A stretch of 64,000 nt of DNA from the NCBI GenBank assembly GCA_964474825.1, contig CAYYWQ010000001.1:485609-549608 (forward strand). The letters run 5' to 3'. A program made the position numbers and the translations under genes. The notes beneath the pieces were generated by a model. That model was not told the DNA's origin and ran no database searches. It worked only from the letters and a program-made list of their open reading frames with translations. This document shows, piece after piece, positions 9,309 to 19,178 of this stretch (its first letter is position 1; each line of letters opens with the position of its first letter). Source of the stretch: an uncultured Candidatus Saccharibacteria bacterium. Its GTDB lineage: Bacteria > Patescibacteriota > Doudnabacteria > UBA920.

Positions 9309-10418
9309 CTATTTTAACTGGCCCGCAATTAAGTTTAAGTTCATTTGGGTTTTGCCGCGCGCTATTTTAACTTCGACTACTTCCCCGGGCTTTATGCTTT
9401 GAGAAAGGCTTTCTAAAGAATCATTTTCGTTTAGGTCTTTTTGATTCCAGGACTGAATAATGTCCCCTGCTTGTAGACCTGCTTTTTGCGCGGGGCTGCC
9501 GGGCTGGACAGAAATAACCTTTGCTCCCTGCGGTTCGGCAAGGACCCGGTTTTCTGCCTGGCTAATGATTCTGTACGAAAAGCCAAATTGCGGCCTTAAT
9601 ATTTGTCCGTGGTTATTTACATAATTATTAATAAGGTCCCTTATTACATCACTTGAAATTATTTTGCCGCTGTCCCATAAGCCTAAAACATTCCCGTCGC
9701 TGTCTGCCACTGCTGCTCCCGCGGGTAAATTGGGTCCAAAAGCCACCTTAAAAGTTCGGCCGGGGTAGTCGGAATTTTTAACTTCTAAATTATTGTCCTG
9801 GCTGAGGCTCAAAATTTCGGTTTGGACTGTTCCTGAAAAATTTTGCAACCCGGGTTCTACAAAAACTAAATATTTCCCCGCGGCTGCGTCTTTGGAACTT
9901 GCCAAATTTGCAGTAGCAATATTCTGCGCGTTGGTTTTTAAAATAACCAACTCGGTGGCAGAATCGGGAATAATGGCAGTTACCTGCACAATGGTGCCGT
10001 CGTCTAATTTAATCAAAAGATCGGCCATTTTTTGGTTGGCTATAGCGGATTTAATTGTTACAAAAGCCCCGTCCGCTGTTAAATTTAAAGTGCTACCTAG
10101 AGGCAAAATTTGTTGCCCGCTTTTGCTTACTACCAAACTTAGCTTGGGACGCAGAAGGTCCAGAGCACGCCTTGGATCAGAGGGGTCGGTTACGCGAATT
10201 TCTTCGCGGTTGTTAATAACTATTGGTGCCATGGGACTAACCAGTTTCCAGCGGTTAAGCAAAGGCCAAGTTGAAACTTTAACCGCCAACCAGCGCCCAA
10301 ACAGTAAATTTACCACCAATGAAAAAAATACAGAGGCAATAATTATCCACGCTATGGATTTTTTAGTGGGAGATGTACCAGGCATATTATTGAATTGCTT
10401 TCCATGGCGTGGCAACAA
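9309..10418 (-). CDS. Membrane-anchored PDZ-domain protein. It looks HtrA-like, but I could not see the GNSGG catalytic motif.
   Basis: N-terminal TM, and a C-terminal PDZ segment GAKVISVQPGSPAQKAGLQAGDIIQSWNQ. Confidence 0.5.
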   Translation of the reverse strand: MLPRHGKQFNNMPGTSPTKKSIAWIIIASVFFSLVVNLLFGRWLAVKVSTWPLLNRWKLVSPMAPIVINNREEIRVTDPSDPRRALDLLRPKLSLVVSKSGQQILPLGSTLNLTADGAFVTIKSAIANQKMADLLIKLDDGTIVQVTAIIPDSATELVILKTNAQNIATANLASSKDAAAGKYLVFVEPGLQNFSGTVQTEILSLSQDNNLEVKNSDYPGRTFKVAFGPNLPAGAAVADSDGNVLGLWDSGKIISSDVIRDLINNYVNNHGQILRPQFGFSYRIISQAENRVLAEPQGAKVISVQPGSPAQKAGLQAGDIIQSWNQKDLNENDSLESLSQSIKPGEVVEVKIARGKTQMNLNLIAGQLK

Positions 10419-11190
10419 TTACAATTGCGCAGGCCAACACTATTAACATTAAATGAAACTGAATTTTCTTTAGAGTCAAACTATGGAATAAATAGTAATA
10501 ATTAAGAATAAGACAAAAATAATAAATACAAAACAGAATAAAAGCGCTGGCCGAATAATGCGGAGGCAAAAAACTTAACGCCCAAAATAGCTCGCAACAA
10601 AACAAGGCTAAGACCGTGGCGGCGACCCATTTGGTTTTTTCTCCCTGAGGAATAAATTCATAGAAACAGCGTGTGGTTAAAAGGGTTGAAACAAAAATTC
10701 CCAACAAATAAATCGGCTCCATGGAAAATTGCCAGTTGAGCAGTTGCCAGTGCCCCAGTTTAAAAACAATGTCGCGATACAAAGGGAAGTCCTGGTTATA
10801 GCCGGTTAAAGCAATAAAAAAACCAAAACTTATAACTAAGGTTTCGTTAACCAGAATATTTTCGGCAAAGTTTCCAAGACTTAACTCCACTAAAGTAATG
10901 ACAAAAAAAGTTACTATCAAAAATAGGACTCTTAAAGTTGGAGTAGGCAGGAGGCTTAAAATTCCAAAGCCGCTAATAAACAGCAAGAGCGGTCTTAACA
11001 TTACCCAAAAATTATATTTCCCTATTTCCAGGAGATATTTTTTATTGTAGTAACTGGCCGCCACACAAAATACCACAAATGCGGGTATTAAAAAACGAAA
11101 AACGGTGTCCGGGCCGGACATTCGCCAAAAGCCAATCGTATAAATTGAGGCAATAATTACTGAGGCAATTTTATGATATTTTTTCACCAT
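10387..11190 (-). CDS. Polytopic membrane protein
   Basis: Multiple hydrophobic helices. It overlaps its neighbours in an operon-like arrangement. Confidence 0.35.
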   Translation of the reverse strand: MVKKYHKIASVIIASIYTIGFWRMSGPDTVFRFLIPAFVVFCVAASYYNKKYLLEIGKYNFWVMLRPLLLFISGFGILSLLPTPTLRVLFLIVTFFVITLVELSLGNFAENILVNETLVISFGFFIALTGYNQDFPLYRDIVFKLGHWQLLNWQFSMEPIYLLGIFVSTLLTTRCFYEFIPQGEKTKWVAATVLALFCCELFWALSFLPPHYSASAFILFCIYYFCLILNYYYLFHSLTLKKIQFHLMLIVLACAIVIVATPWKAIQ

Positions 11191-12046
11191 GCCGCGAATA
11201 AAAAATAAGGGATGCGGCGCTAAGAATAATTAAAGCCAAACTAACAATAGCATTAAGCCGCAAACTGAAAATAAATGTGCTGTCAATTCTTAAGAATTCC
11301 AAGCCACATCTTAACGCATTATACAATAAAAGATAGAGAAAAACAACCTTCCCAGGACGCCGGGATTTACCTAAATTTAGCAGGAAACATACGATTAAAA
11401 TATTGCCCAAAGCTTCGTATAAGAAAAACGGATGAAAAAAATTATTGTTAACAAATTGCTCGGGCCGAAAGGACTGGGGAACAAACATTTTCCACGGTAA
11501 ATTGGTCGGGTACCCAAAAGCTTCATAGTTAAACAGGTTACCAAAGCGGCCAATAATTTGGCCTAAGACTACGGAGGGGGCAAGCCAGTCCAAAATAGCG
11601 AATATTGAATAGCGAATAGGTAATAGTTTCTTTAAAATCATCAGCGATATTATTCCACCCAGCACTGCGCCGTAGATTGAGAGTCCCCCATTCCAAACTT
11701 TTAGAATATCAACCGGGTGGAGCCAATAATAATTAAACGATGACAAGACGTGGTAAATTCTAGCGCCAACCAATCCGCCAATAATTACCCAAAACATTAA
11801 ATCTTCAGCCTGCTCTTTATCAATCTGATATTTTACCGCGCGGCCCAAACCCAAATAAAAAGCACTGGTAACAGCCAGAGCTAAAATTAAACCATAATAG
11901 TGGATTGTGAGCGATCCTATAGCAAAAGATTGTGGCAAAATTAAATTACCCAAAAATACTTGGCGTAAAAATAGCCACAAAAGCATTAAAAAAACTATCA
12001 CTGCAAATGAAACTAGTGACTTCTTCATACTAAATACATTATACAA
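11171..12046 (-). CDS. lgt: Prolipoprotein diacylglyceryl transferase
   Basis: Lgt signature segments WNGGLSIYGAVLGG and GRFGNLFNYEAFG. Confidence 0.8.
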   Translation of the reverse strand: MYNVFSMKKSLVSFAVIVFLMLLWLFLRQVFLGNLILPQSFAIGSLTIHYYGLILALAVTSAFYLGLGRAVKYQIDKEQAEDLMFWVIIGGLVGARIYHVLSSFNYYWLHPVDILKVWNGGLSIYGAVLGGIISLMILKKLLPIRYSIFAILDWLAPSVVLGQIIGRFGNLFNYEAFGYPTNLPWKMFVPQSFRPEQFVNNNFFHPFFLYEALGNILIVCFLLNLGKSRRPGKVVFLYLLLYNALRCGLEFLRIDSTFIFSLRLNAIVSLALIILSAASLIFYSRHGEKIS

Positions 12047-12057
12047 GATTCGAGATA

Positions 12058-12636
12058 CTAAAAAAGGGCAGCCTGGTGCATTACCCCTACCCTTGGCTGG
12101 GGCAAAGAAATTTTTAACGGAATTTCTTTTGTCTTAAAAAAATCTTTATAAAGCAGCTTCCCGTTCTTTAAGGCGTAGTCGTAAACCTGCTTGGTAATTT
12201 TTACGTCGTCCAGGCAGTATTTTTTCAGTAAATCCATTCGACCGTTTTGGTAATACAGCAGAGCTTCCAAACCGCTGCCGGACTTTCCCGTTCCTAAGGT
12301 TCCCTGTGCGACTGACTCTAATTTTATGCGGTGATGCAAAACCTTTTCTATTTCTTCCAGCAAATCTAAATAAGGGACCTGGAAAATGTCAAAGTTTAAA
12401 TAAGGCTGAATAACCTGAAAATCAAAATCTTTTATGTTGTAACCTATTATTTGGTCAGCGGTTTGCAAAATTGGAGCAAGTTTAGCTAATTCATTTTCTT
12501 CAAATGAATGGTATTTGCCGTTAGAATAATCGTAAATGCAACAAACACTAACTTTAAGCAAATGATTTTTCCCTCTACCACCAACTTGTTGGAATGATTT
12601 CTGTGTTTCTAAATCTAAAACAATCTTTTTAAGCAT
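12058..12636 (-). CDS. 3'-5' exonuclease, DEDD/DnaQ-like (RNase H fold)
   Basis: Exo I-like VLDLET, Exo II-like GYNIKDFDFQVI and Exo III-like YCLDDV. Confidence 0.45.
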   Translation of the reverse strand: MLKKIVLDLETQKSFQQVGGRGKNHLLKVSVCCIYDYSNGKYHSFEENELAKLAPILQTADQIIGYNIKDFDFQVIQPYLNFDIFQVPYLDLLEEIEKVLHHRIKLESVAQGTLGTGKSGSGLEALLYYQNGRMDLLKKYCLDDVKITKQVYDYALKNGKLLYKDFFKTKEIPLKISLPQPRVGVMHQAALF

Positions 12637-12806
12637 TTTTAGTTTCTATTTCTTTAACTTTTTTAAGCGACTTAACAAGTATATAAAATTTTTTAAAAAA
12701 ATACAAAAAACGAAGCCGTTGGTTACGACCTCGTTTCATGTTTTTGCTTTTATTTGAAGAATGATTGCGCCCCCGGTTGTCCGGGGGTTATCCTGCCAGA
12801 TCAGGA

Positions 12807-13511
12807 CTAACGAATGTGCGGTGCTCCCCGATGCACGGGCGGCACCATGTGCTGGTTGTGGAGCGCAGCCGGTCCCGGTAGGATAGACATTGGCTGCGGA
12901 GCGGGGCTTGCGATTGTGGGCTGCGTCGGCTTTTGCGTTTCCAACCACCCAAAAACCGCCATACGTTGCTGCGGAGTCAGTCCCGGCAGAATGGCCGGGC
13001 TGTTGTTTTGGTCGACCGTATACTGCGGCTCTTCGCAGGTGCCGTAGATGCTGCAAACGAGAGGAGGTCTCTCATTTTGCAACCGAACGGGCTCCCCTGA
13101 ACCGAGTGCGGATGCGCGTGAACCAATTCTACTGATCGGAGCCGGGGGGTAGTAATCGCCGCCGATCGGCGAGCCCAGGTTGCGTCCGCCGATGATATCG
13201 GACGGGTTATACTGCCGCGAAAGTGGCGACGGTGGGTAGAATTCGACGTCTCCCCCGACCAACTCAAGCGAACGAGCGATTGGCGCCGGCGTGTTGAAAA
13301 TCGACGCACGCGGTACCGACGTGGCTGGCGTGGGCTGCGCAATAAAGGCCCACAGGTCAACTCGTATGGTCGAGGTCGGATTCGAGGAGGGCTGAGCCTC
13401 CTGAACGACCACGATAATTACCGGTGTGGGTGAACGCGCGTTATATGCGTCCCCCACCTGCGAAAACGCCGCCAACGGCAGCAGCGACAAAAGCATAAGC
13501 GGCCTTGTCAT
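12807..13511 (-). CDS. Secreted Pro/Ser-rich protein encoded on a GC-rich islet
   Basis: Signal peptide MTRPLMLLSLLPLAAFSQV. The coding DNA is about 60% GC, against about 42% in the flanks. Overlapping ORFs in other frames are artefacts of GC-rich DNA. Confidence 0.45.
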   Translation of the reverse strand: MTRPLMLLSLLPLAAFSQVGDAYNARSPTPVIIVVVQEAQPSSNPTSTIRVDLWAFIAQPTPATSVPRASIFNTPAPIARSLELVGGDVEFYPPSPLSRQYNPSDIIGGRNLGSPIGGDYYPPAPISRIGSRASALGSGEPVRLQNERPPLVCSIYGTCEEPQYTVDQNNSPAILPGLTPQQRMAVFGWLETQKPTQPTIASPAPQPMSILPGPAALHNQHMVPPVHRGAPHIR

Positions 13512-13686
13512 TCTTTCTTACTCCTCTTCTCAGATTCTCCGAATTTCTCCAGAGTTAACCAATCTTACCAAAATTTGGCAAAAATAGGCAAATTTGTTAC
13601 AATTCAGGCATAATATTAATTATCCTGCCGATTGTTTATCGGAGTAGGATTATCTCCTGAGGCGTCTTGTTAGGCGCTTAAAGTTC

Positions 13687-15495
13687 ATGGGAGAGAAAGA
13701 AAATATGCAAAGAACACTTTCTTTAGAAACCCCGCAAAAAATTGGCCAAAAAGTTAGTTTGGCCGGCTGGGTTAACTCACGGCGCGACCATGGCGGCGTG
13801 ATTTTTATTGACCTCCGCGACCAAAGCGGTTTAGTACAGCTTTCCGTCCACCCCGAAAGCAAAGAGGCTTTTGCGGCCGCCAGTAAATGCCGAGACGAAT
13901 TTGTTATTAAAATTGAAGGCGAAGTTCTGGAGCGCTCCGCGGAAACAAAAAATCCCAACTTACCAACTGGTAGTGTGGAAGTTTTAACAGCATCAATAAC
14001 CATCTTAAATACAGCAAAGCCACTTCCCTTTCAAGTCGCCCACGGCCACGGAGAAGAAACAGAAATTGGCGAAGATGTTCGCTTAAAATATCGCTTCTTA
14101 GATTTACGCCGCGAAAAAATGCAGACCATGCTGCAAAAAAGACACCAGATGATCCAGAGCATTCACCGCTACATGACAGACCATGGTTTTATAGAAGTCA
14201 CAACGCCAATTTTAACTTCTTCTTCCCCGGAAGGCGCTCGCGACTTCTTGGTTCCCTCCCGTCTCCACCCAGGTAAATTTTACGCGTTACCCCAAGCGCC
14301 ACAACAATTTAAACAACTGTTAATGGTTGGTGGCATTCCTAAGTATTACCAAATAGCACCATGCTTCCGCGACGAAGACCCACGGGCAGACAGAAGCCCT
14401 GGCGAGTTTTACCAATTAGATTTGGAAATTGCCTTTGCTGACAAAGACGAAATAGTCTTTAACGAAATGGAGCCGTTGTTTGTTGAACTGACGGAAAAAT
14501 TTGCGCAAAAAAAGGTTTTACAAAAACCATTCCCAAGAATCCCCTATTTGGAAGCCATGGAGCTTTACGGATCTGACAAACCGGACCTGCGTTTTGAAAT
14601 GAAAATGGTGGACCTAACTTCTGACCTTACCGAGACTAAGTTCAGCGTATTTGGAAATGCAATTAAAGGCGGCGGAGTTATAAAAGCCATTTGCTGCCAA
14701 GGCGGCGCTAAGCTTTCTCGATCGCAAATCGATGAATTAACGGAAATGGTCAAAAAAGAAGGCGCTGGGGGCTTGGCTTATATTGTGCTGGATGAAAAAG
14801 AAATGCGCTCGCCAATTTTGAAATTCTTGTCCGATGATGAGAAAAAATCTATTGTTGATAAAACAAAAGCACAAACTGGGGATATTATATTTTTTGGCGC
14901 GGACAATAAAAAAATTGTAAACAAAGTCTTAGGCAAACTGCGTGACAAACTTGGCGACATTTTTGGACTTAAAGACCCTAACATTATTGCCTGGGCGTGG
15001 ATAACAGACTTCCCTATGTTTGAATGGTCAGACACAGAAAAGCGATGGGACTTTATGCATAACCCCTTTAGCATGCCACAAGGCGGCTTAGAATCTCTAG
15101 AAACCCAAAAGCCGGACGAAGTGCGCGCGTACCAATATGACATTATTGCAAACGGACTGGAGCTTTCTTCCGGAGCAATTAGAAACTACAAGCCTGAAAT
15201 AATGTATAAGGCGTTTGAAATTTGCGGCTACAGTAAAGAAACAGTGGAAGAAAAATTTGGCGGCATGATCCGCGCCTTTGAATTTGGAGCCCCTCCCCAC
15301 GGCGGCTTTGCCCCAGGTATAGACAGAATGCTTATGCTCTTCCAAAACGAACCAAACATTCGCGAAGTCATTGCCTTCCCCAAAAACGGCAGCGCTGAAG
15401 ACGTTATGATGTCCGCCCCGGGCACGGTGGACGAAAAACAGCTTAAGGAACTACATATTAAGTTAGACTTACCAAAACAAAGCAAAAATGTTTAA
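13687..15495 (+). CDS. aspS: Aspartyl-tRNA synthetase
   Basis: Class II aaRS motifs: FRDEDPRADRSPEFYQLD and GGAPPHGGFAPGIDRMLML. Confidence 0.9.
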   Translation: MGEKENMQRTLSLETPQKIGQKVSLAGWVNSRRDHGGVIFIDLRDQSGLVQLSVHPESKEAFAAASKCRDEFVIKIEGEVLERSAETKNPNLPTGSVEVLTASITILNTAKPLPFQVAHGHGEETEIGEDVRLKYRFLDLRREKMQTMLQKRHQMIQSIHRYMTDHGFIEVTTPILTSSSPEGARDFLVPSRLHPGKFYALPQAPQQFKQLLMVGGIPKYYQIAPCFRDEDPRADRSPGEFYQLDLEIAFADKDEIVFNEMEPLFVELTEKFAQKKVLQKPFPRIPYLEAMELYGSDKPDLRFEMKMVDLTSDLTETKFSVFGNAIKGGGVIKAICCQGGAKLSRSQIDELTEMVKKEGAGGLAYIVLDEKEMRSPILKFLSDDEKKSIVDKTKAQTGDIIFFGADNKKIVNKVLGKLRDKLGDIFGLKDPNIIAWAWITDFPMFEWSDTEKRWDFMHNPFSMPQGGLESLETQKPDEVRAYQYDIIANGLELSSGAIRNYKPEIMYKAFEICGYSKETVEEKFGGMIRAFEFGAPPHGGFAPGIDRMLMLFQNEPNIREVIAFPKNGSAEDVMMSAPGTVDEKQLKELHIKLDLPKQSKNV

Positions 15496-15799
15496 GCGCA
15501 ACAAACCTTCATCGATAGAATTTTCGCCAGATTTAGAAAATCCTGAAACTTTGAGCAATGACGATCTGCTGATCCGGTACCAAATGAGCGGCATTAGATA
15601 CATAGAAAAAATGGGTGACATCTGGGCAACCCGGGTAAAAATAGAGTCTGGCTTATTTTTGTCACAAACTATTGAGAAGTCCAAAAAGGAATTAGACGCA
15701 CAGCAGAATGACTTAATTGCTCTTTTTAAAAAAATAAAACAGCTAGAAGAAATTTTAACTAAGAGAGGTATAAAAATAAAAAAAATAGAGGAAATTTAA
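15488..15799 (+). CDS. Hypothetical coiled-coil protein
   Basis: ORF overlapping the aspS stop, with a Lys/Glu-rich C-terminus. Confidence 0.3.
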   Translation: MFKRNKPSSIEFSPDLENPETLSNDDLLIRYQMSGIRYIEKMGDIWATRVKIESGLFLSQTIEKSKKELDAQQNDLIALFKKIKQLEEILTKRGIKIKKIEEI

Positions 15800-15802
15800 T
15801 TT

Positions 15803-16330
15803 GTGAAAACAATGAAAAAAATATCTAAATCAAAAAAACCCTTGCCGAAAAAGCTAATTAAAAAACTAGAGAATAAGGTCACCAAACTTTTAGACCAAGC
15901 GAAAATTAGGTACAAGACTTTGAAACACAAGGTCGTCTTTACTGCGCACGACGTTGGCGCAACCACAAAAAAGAAACTTGGCGAAATTGCCAAGGTGGTT
16001 TTAGTTAAGGCTGACAAAGACTTTGTGCTCATAGTTTTGCCTGCCGGAAAATATGTAGATTTTTCTGGTATTAAAAAAGTACTTAAGGCCAAAAAGGTTT
16101 CCATGGCTTCTGAAAAAGATATTGAAAAATATTTAAAAACCAAAGTTGGCTTGCTACACCCGTTTGGCTCGGAATACAATCTACAAACTCTATTAGATAA
16201 AGGAATGTCGCGCAGTAAAAAAATGATAGCCAGTGCCGGAACTTTTACAGACAGCGTTGAAATTGCCTTAAAAGATTTTGAAAAACTGATTAAGCCAATT
16301 AAGGGTGTCTTTTCCAAAGCAAAAAAATAA
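15803..16330 (+). CDS. YbaK/ProX-like aminoacyl-tRNA deacylase domain protein
   Basis: YbaK-type domain: HDVGATTKK...VLVKADKDFVLIVLPAGKYVDFSGIKK...GLLHPFG. Confidence 0.5.
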   Translation: MKTMKKISKSKKPLPKKLIKKLENKVTKLLDQAKIRYKTLKHKVVFTAHDVGATTKKKLGEIAKVVLVKADKDFVLIVLPAGKYVDFSGIKKVLKAKKVSMASEKDIEKYLKTKVGLLHPFGSEYNLQTLLDKGMSRSKKMIASAGTFTDSVEIALKDFEKLIKPIKGVFSKAKK

Positions 16331-17061
16331 TGCTGCATGCTAAAGTAAAACAATTCGAAGGACCTTTGGACCTGCTGCTTAACCTTATTGAGGACAGGCA
16401 GTTAGACATTACCCAAATAGCGATTGCTGAAGTTACGGAACAGTTTTTGCAGTACATAAAACAGCTACAAAGCATAGACCCAACTGTTCTGGCTGACTAT
16501 TTATCAATCGCAGCAAAACTGCTTGTTATAAAATCCAAAGCCATTTTGCCAACTTTGGAAATAGAGACTGAAGAAGAAGACGCGGGGTATGATTTGGAAA
16601 GCAGGCTACTGCTTTATAAGCAATTTAAGGAAGCGGCTAAGTATTTTAAGACTTTAGACAATCATAGGAAACAATCTTTCTTGCGCACAGTAACTTTTGA
16701 GCAAAGAGTAAACTTTTATCCTGACCCGATTATTACCCCAGATGTGCTGCACAAGGCGGTCTTGGTAATTTTAAATGGCTTAAAAGAACTGGATTCTCTG
16801 CCTAAAGCCAAGCTTAAGGAAGCGGTTTCCATTCAGGAAAAAATTGACCAGCTGCGCAACCACTTAGAAGCCCAAGTAGAAACCAAACTAAGCGAACTGC
16901 TAAAAACCGCAAAAAATAAAAGTGAAATTATTATTACTTTTTTAGCCTTACTGGAATTAATAAAGCAAAAAGTTTTAACAGTAAACCAGGAAATGATGTT
17001 TGCTGACATTAACATAAAAAAATACCAGCCACCATCGGCTACCCCGGAGGTTGTAGAATGA
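16330..17061 (+). CDS. scpA: Segregation and condensation protein A
   Basis: N-terminus VKQFEGPLDLLLNLIEDRQLDI. Confidence 0.8.
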   Translation: MLHAKVKQFEGPLDLLLNLIEDRQLDITQIAIAEVTEQFLQYIKQLQSIDPTVLADYLSIAAKLLVIKSKAILPTLEIETEEEDAGYDLESRLLLYKQFKEAAKYFKTLDNHRKQSFLRTVTFEQRVNFYPDPIITPDVLHKAVLVILNGLKELDSLPKAKLKEAVSIQEKIDQLRNHLEAQVETKLSELLKTAKNKSEIIITFLALLELIKQKVLTVNQEMMFADINIKKYQPPSATPEVVE

Positions 17062-17294
17062 ACAGAACAACCATTGGCCTTTTATTTATTTTAGCGGGAA
17101 TTATTTACGGCTCAACAACGATAGATACTGTTTACGACCACACCTTAGGCTGGCTGGTGAAAAACGACTGGATACCGCAAGAAACCGTGCAAAAAGCAGG
17201 ACAGCCCGGCTTTGGGCGCAAACCTACAATTTTATTTTTTAGCTTAGCTTTAATAATTATTGGTCTTTATTTATTATGGAACAGGAACATTTAA
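17058..17294 (+). CDS. Small membrane protein
   Basis: Two TM helices, overlapping both scpA and scpB. Confidence 0.3.
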   Translation: MNRTTIGLLFILAGIIYGSTTIDTVYDHTLGWLVKNDWIPQETVQKAGQPGFGRKPTILFFSLALIIIGLYLLWNRNI

Positions 17295-17902
17295 TAAATA
17301 TTATAGAAAGTCTTTTATTTATTGCGGACAAACCCGTTAAAGCCAAGGAGTTGGCTAAATTTTTGGAAGCTGAAGAAAGCTCTGTCCAACAGGCTTTGGA
17401 AAATTTATTAGAACAAAAAAAAGAAAATGGCATTGTACTTCTGGAAAACAACGGTGAATACCAATTAGCCACTGCGCCACAAAATTCCACACAAGTAAAA
17501 AACTTTCTAAACGCTGAGCTCCGGGAAAAATTAACAGACGCCACAGTAGAAGTCTTGGCCATAATTGGCTACAGGCAACCTATTTCCAAGGCGGAAATAG
17601 AAGCCATTAGAGGGGTTAATTCCCAATATAGCTTAAGAGCCCTCCTTATGCGCGGCTTAATTGAAAAGGTTTCTAATCCCAATGATGCCAGAAGTTTCCT
17701 TTACCAAACCACTACGGAATTTTTAATGCATATGGGATTGAATTCAACAAAGGATTTACCGGAGTTTGAAAAACTAGTCAGTCAAATTAAATTACCGGAA
17801 ACGCCTGCCATAATTACGGAAGAAAACCAAAAATCCGCGGAAGAAACTTCAGCGGATCAAACAAAATCGCAAGATAATGCAAACCAAGAAACCAACAGCT
17901 AA
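17276..17902 (+). CDS. scpB: Segregation and condensation protein B
   Basis: IESLLFIADKPVKAKELAKFL and winged-helix repeats. It lies immediately after scpA. Confidence 0.8.
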   Translation: MEQEHLINIIESLLFIADKPVKAKELAKFLEAEESSVQQALENLLEQKKENGIVLLENNGEYQLATAPQNSTQVKNFLNAELREKLTDATVEVLAIIGYRQPISKAEIEAIRGVNSQYSLRALLMRGLIEKVSNPNDARSFLYQTTTEFLMHMGLNSTKDLPEFEKLVSQIKLPETPAIITEENQKSAEETSADQTKSQDNANQETNS

Positions 17903-18255
17903 CGTTTTCTTGGTTTGTTTTCTAACATTAACTTAAGATTTTCAATAATTACAGTTCGGAATTTTCTCAAATACCTGATTCCTTCATTAATAAATTTACC
18001 ATCGCCACCATTCTTTGAATCACTCGCATCGTTTGCGTCGCCTTTGTACTCCTCCACCAAGCGGTCAATATGATCAACAGCCTCTACCAATTCTTTTTTT
18101 GTTAGCCTGCTTAAAATTTTTTCCGCGTTTAAAAAATTTCCATCAGAAACTTCTTCCGCAACAACGTCCGAAAATTTAAAGGGCGGCTTTTCTGCCCTAG
18201 CTTTTTGCGCAAGCGCTTCCCAACCTCCTTCTGATCCACGTGGTTTTTCCGGCAT
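17899..18255 (-). CDS. Hypothetical protein
   Basis: ORF only. Confidence 0.3.
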   Translation of the reverse strand: MPEKPRGSEGGWEALAQKARAEKPPFKFSDVVAEEVSDGNFLNAEKILSRLTKKELVEAVDHIDRLVEEYKGDANDASDSKNGGDGKFINEGIRYLRKFRTVIIENLKLMLENKPRKR

Positions 18256-18393
18256 AAAATATTTTGGTTATTTAGGTAACTGGTTATATGAAGCTTCGGG
18301 CGAGGTGGGCCTTTCTTGTCTTAGTTCAACTTTGGCACAGGCCGACGCCAAGAGACTTAATAAAATTAACGAGAATATAAATTTTTTCATAAA

Positions 18394-19152
18394 TTATTTT
18401 ACCAATAACGCTGCGCCTAAAGCGCCGGCGTTTTTTAGTTGGGAAATTAAAATTTTAGTTTTAAGTTGCGGGTTAAAAATATAATTTTTTATTTCCGTCT
18501 TGGCGGCGGGCAAATACTTTCTGCTTTCATTGTGGCCAAAACCCCCGCCAATAATTACGGCGTCTGGGGCAAAAATATTTATTAACGAAGCCAAAGCCCT
18601 GCCCACTAAACGCCCTGCGTTTTTATAATCTTTTTTGTCACGGAATTTCTTAAAGGAACTCTCAAAAAATTCACCGTCTAATAAAATATGTCCCAACTCT
18701 CCCCCGCTATTGTCCTCCCCGCGGTAAATTTTGCGGTTTATAACAATCCCGCCGCCAATACCCGTACCTAAAGTAAGACACAAAAAATTATTATATTTCT
18801 TACCCTCCCCAATTAAAAGTTCCGCTCTGGTAAAGCAGTTGGAGTCGTTGTCTATTTTCACCTTTATTTTCCCTTGGCCTCCAAAAACTTTTGCCAAAGA
18901 AAGCTGTTTTATGTACTTAATATTTGGTGAATATTTAACTGTTCCGTGTTTTGCATCTACTAATCCGGCTACCCCGGCGCCAATTGCAGTAATTTTCTGA
19001 CCGGCTGACAAAAATGCCACTAACTTTTTTAGATTATGCTGAAATTCAAATAAATTCTTTGGGGTCACAATTGTTAATTCCTTTATGACGTTTTTTCCGT
19101 CAAATAAAATCCCATTTATTTTTGTGCCCCCAATATCCAAGCCAATAATCAT
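18394..19152 (-). CDS. ROK-family sugar kinase (glucokinase-like)
   Basis: MIIGLDIGGTKINGILFDG, plus a ROK signature region. Confidence 0.7.
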   Translation of the reverse strand: MIIGLDIGGTKINGILFDGKNVIKELTIVTPKNLFEFQHNLKKLVAFLSAGQKITAIGAGVAGLVDAKHGTVKYSPNIKYIKQLSLAKVFGGQGKIKVKIDNDSNCFTRAELLIGEGKKYNNFLCLTLGTGIGGGIVINRKIYRGEDNSGGELGHILLDGEFFESSFKKFRDKKDYKNAGRLVGRALASLINIFAPDAVIIGGGFGHNESRKYLPAAKTEIKNYIFNPQLKTKILISQLKNAGALGAALLVK

Positions 19153-19178
19153 AAAAGTCGATTGTTAATCGTAAATTG

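Noticed and set aside
9309-10418. Calling this gene an HtrA/DegP serine protease
   Set aside because: The PDZ domain is clear, but I could not find the GNSGGP catalytic serine motif or a convincing His/Asp pair. I annotate it only as a PDZ protein.
12736-13360. Overlapping ORFs 12736..13056(-), 12977..13360(-), 12814..13047(+) and 12890..13135(+)
   Set aside because: These are spurious open frames, typical of GC-rich DNA. Only the 12807..13511(-) frame has a signal peptide and a sensible start.
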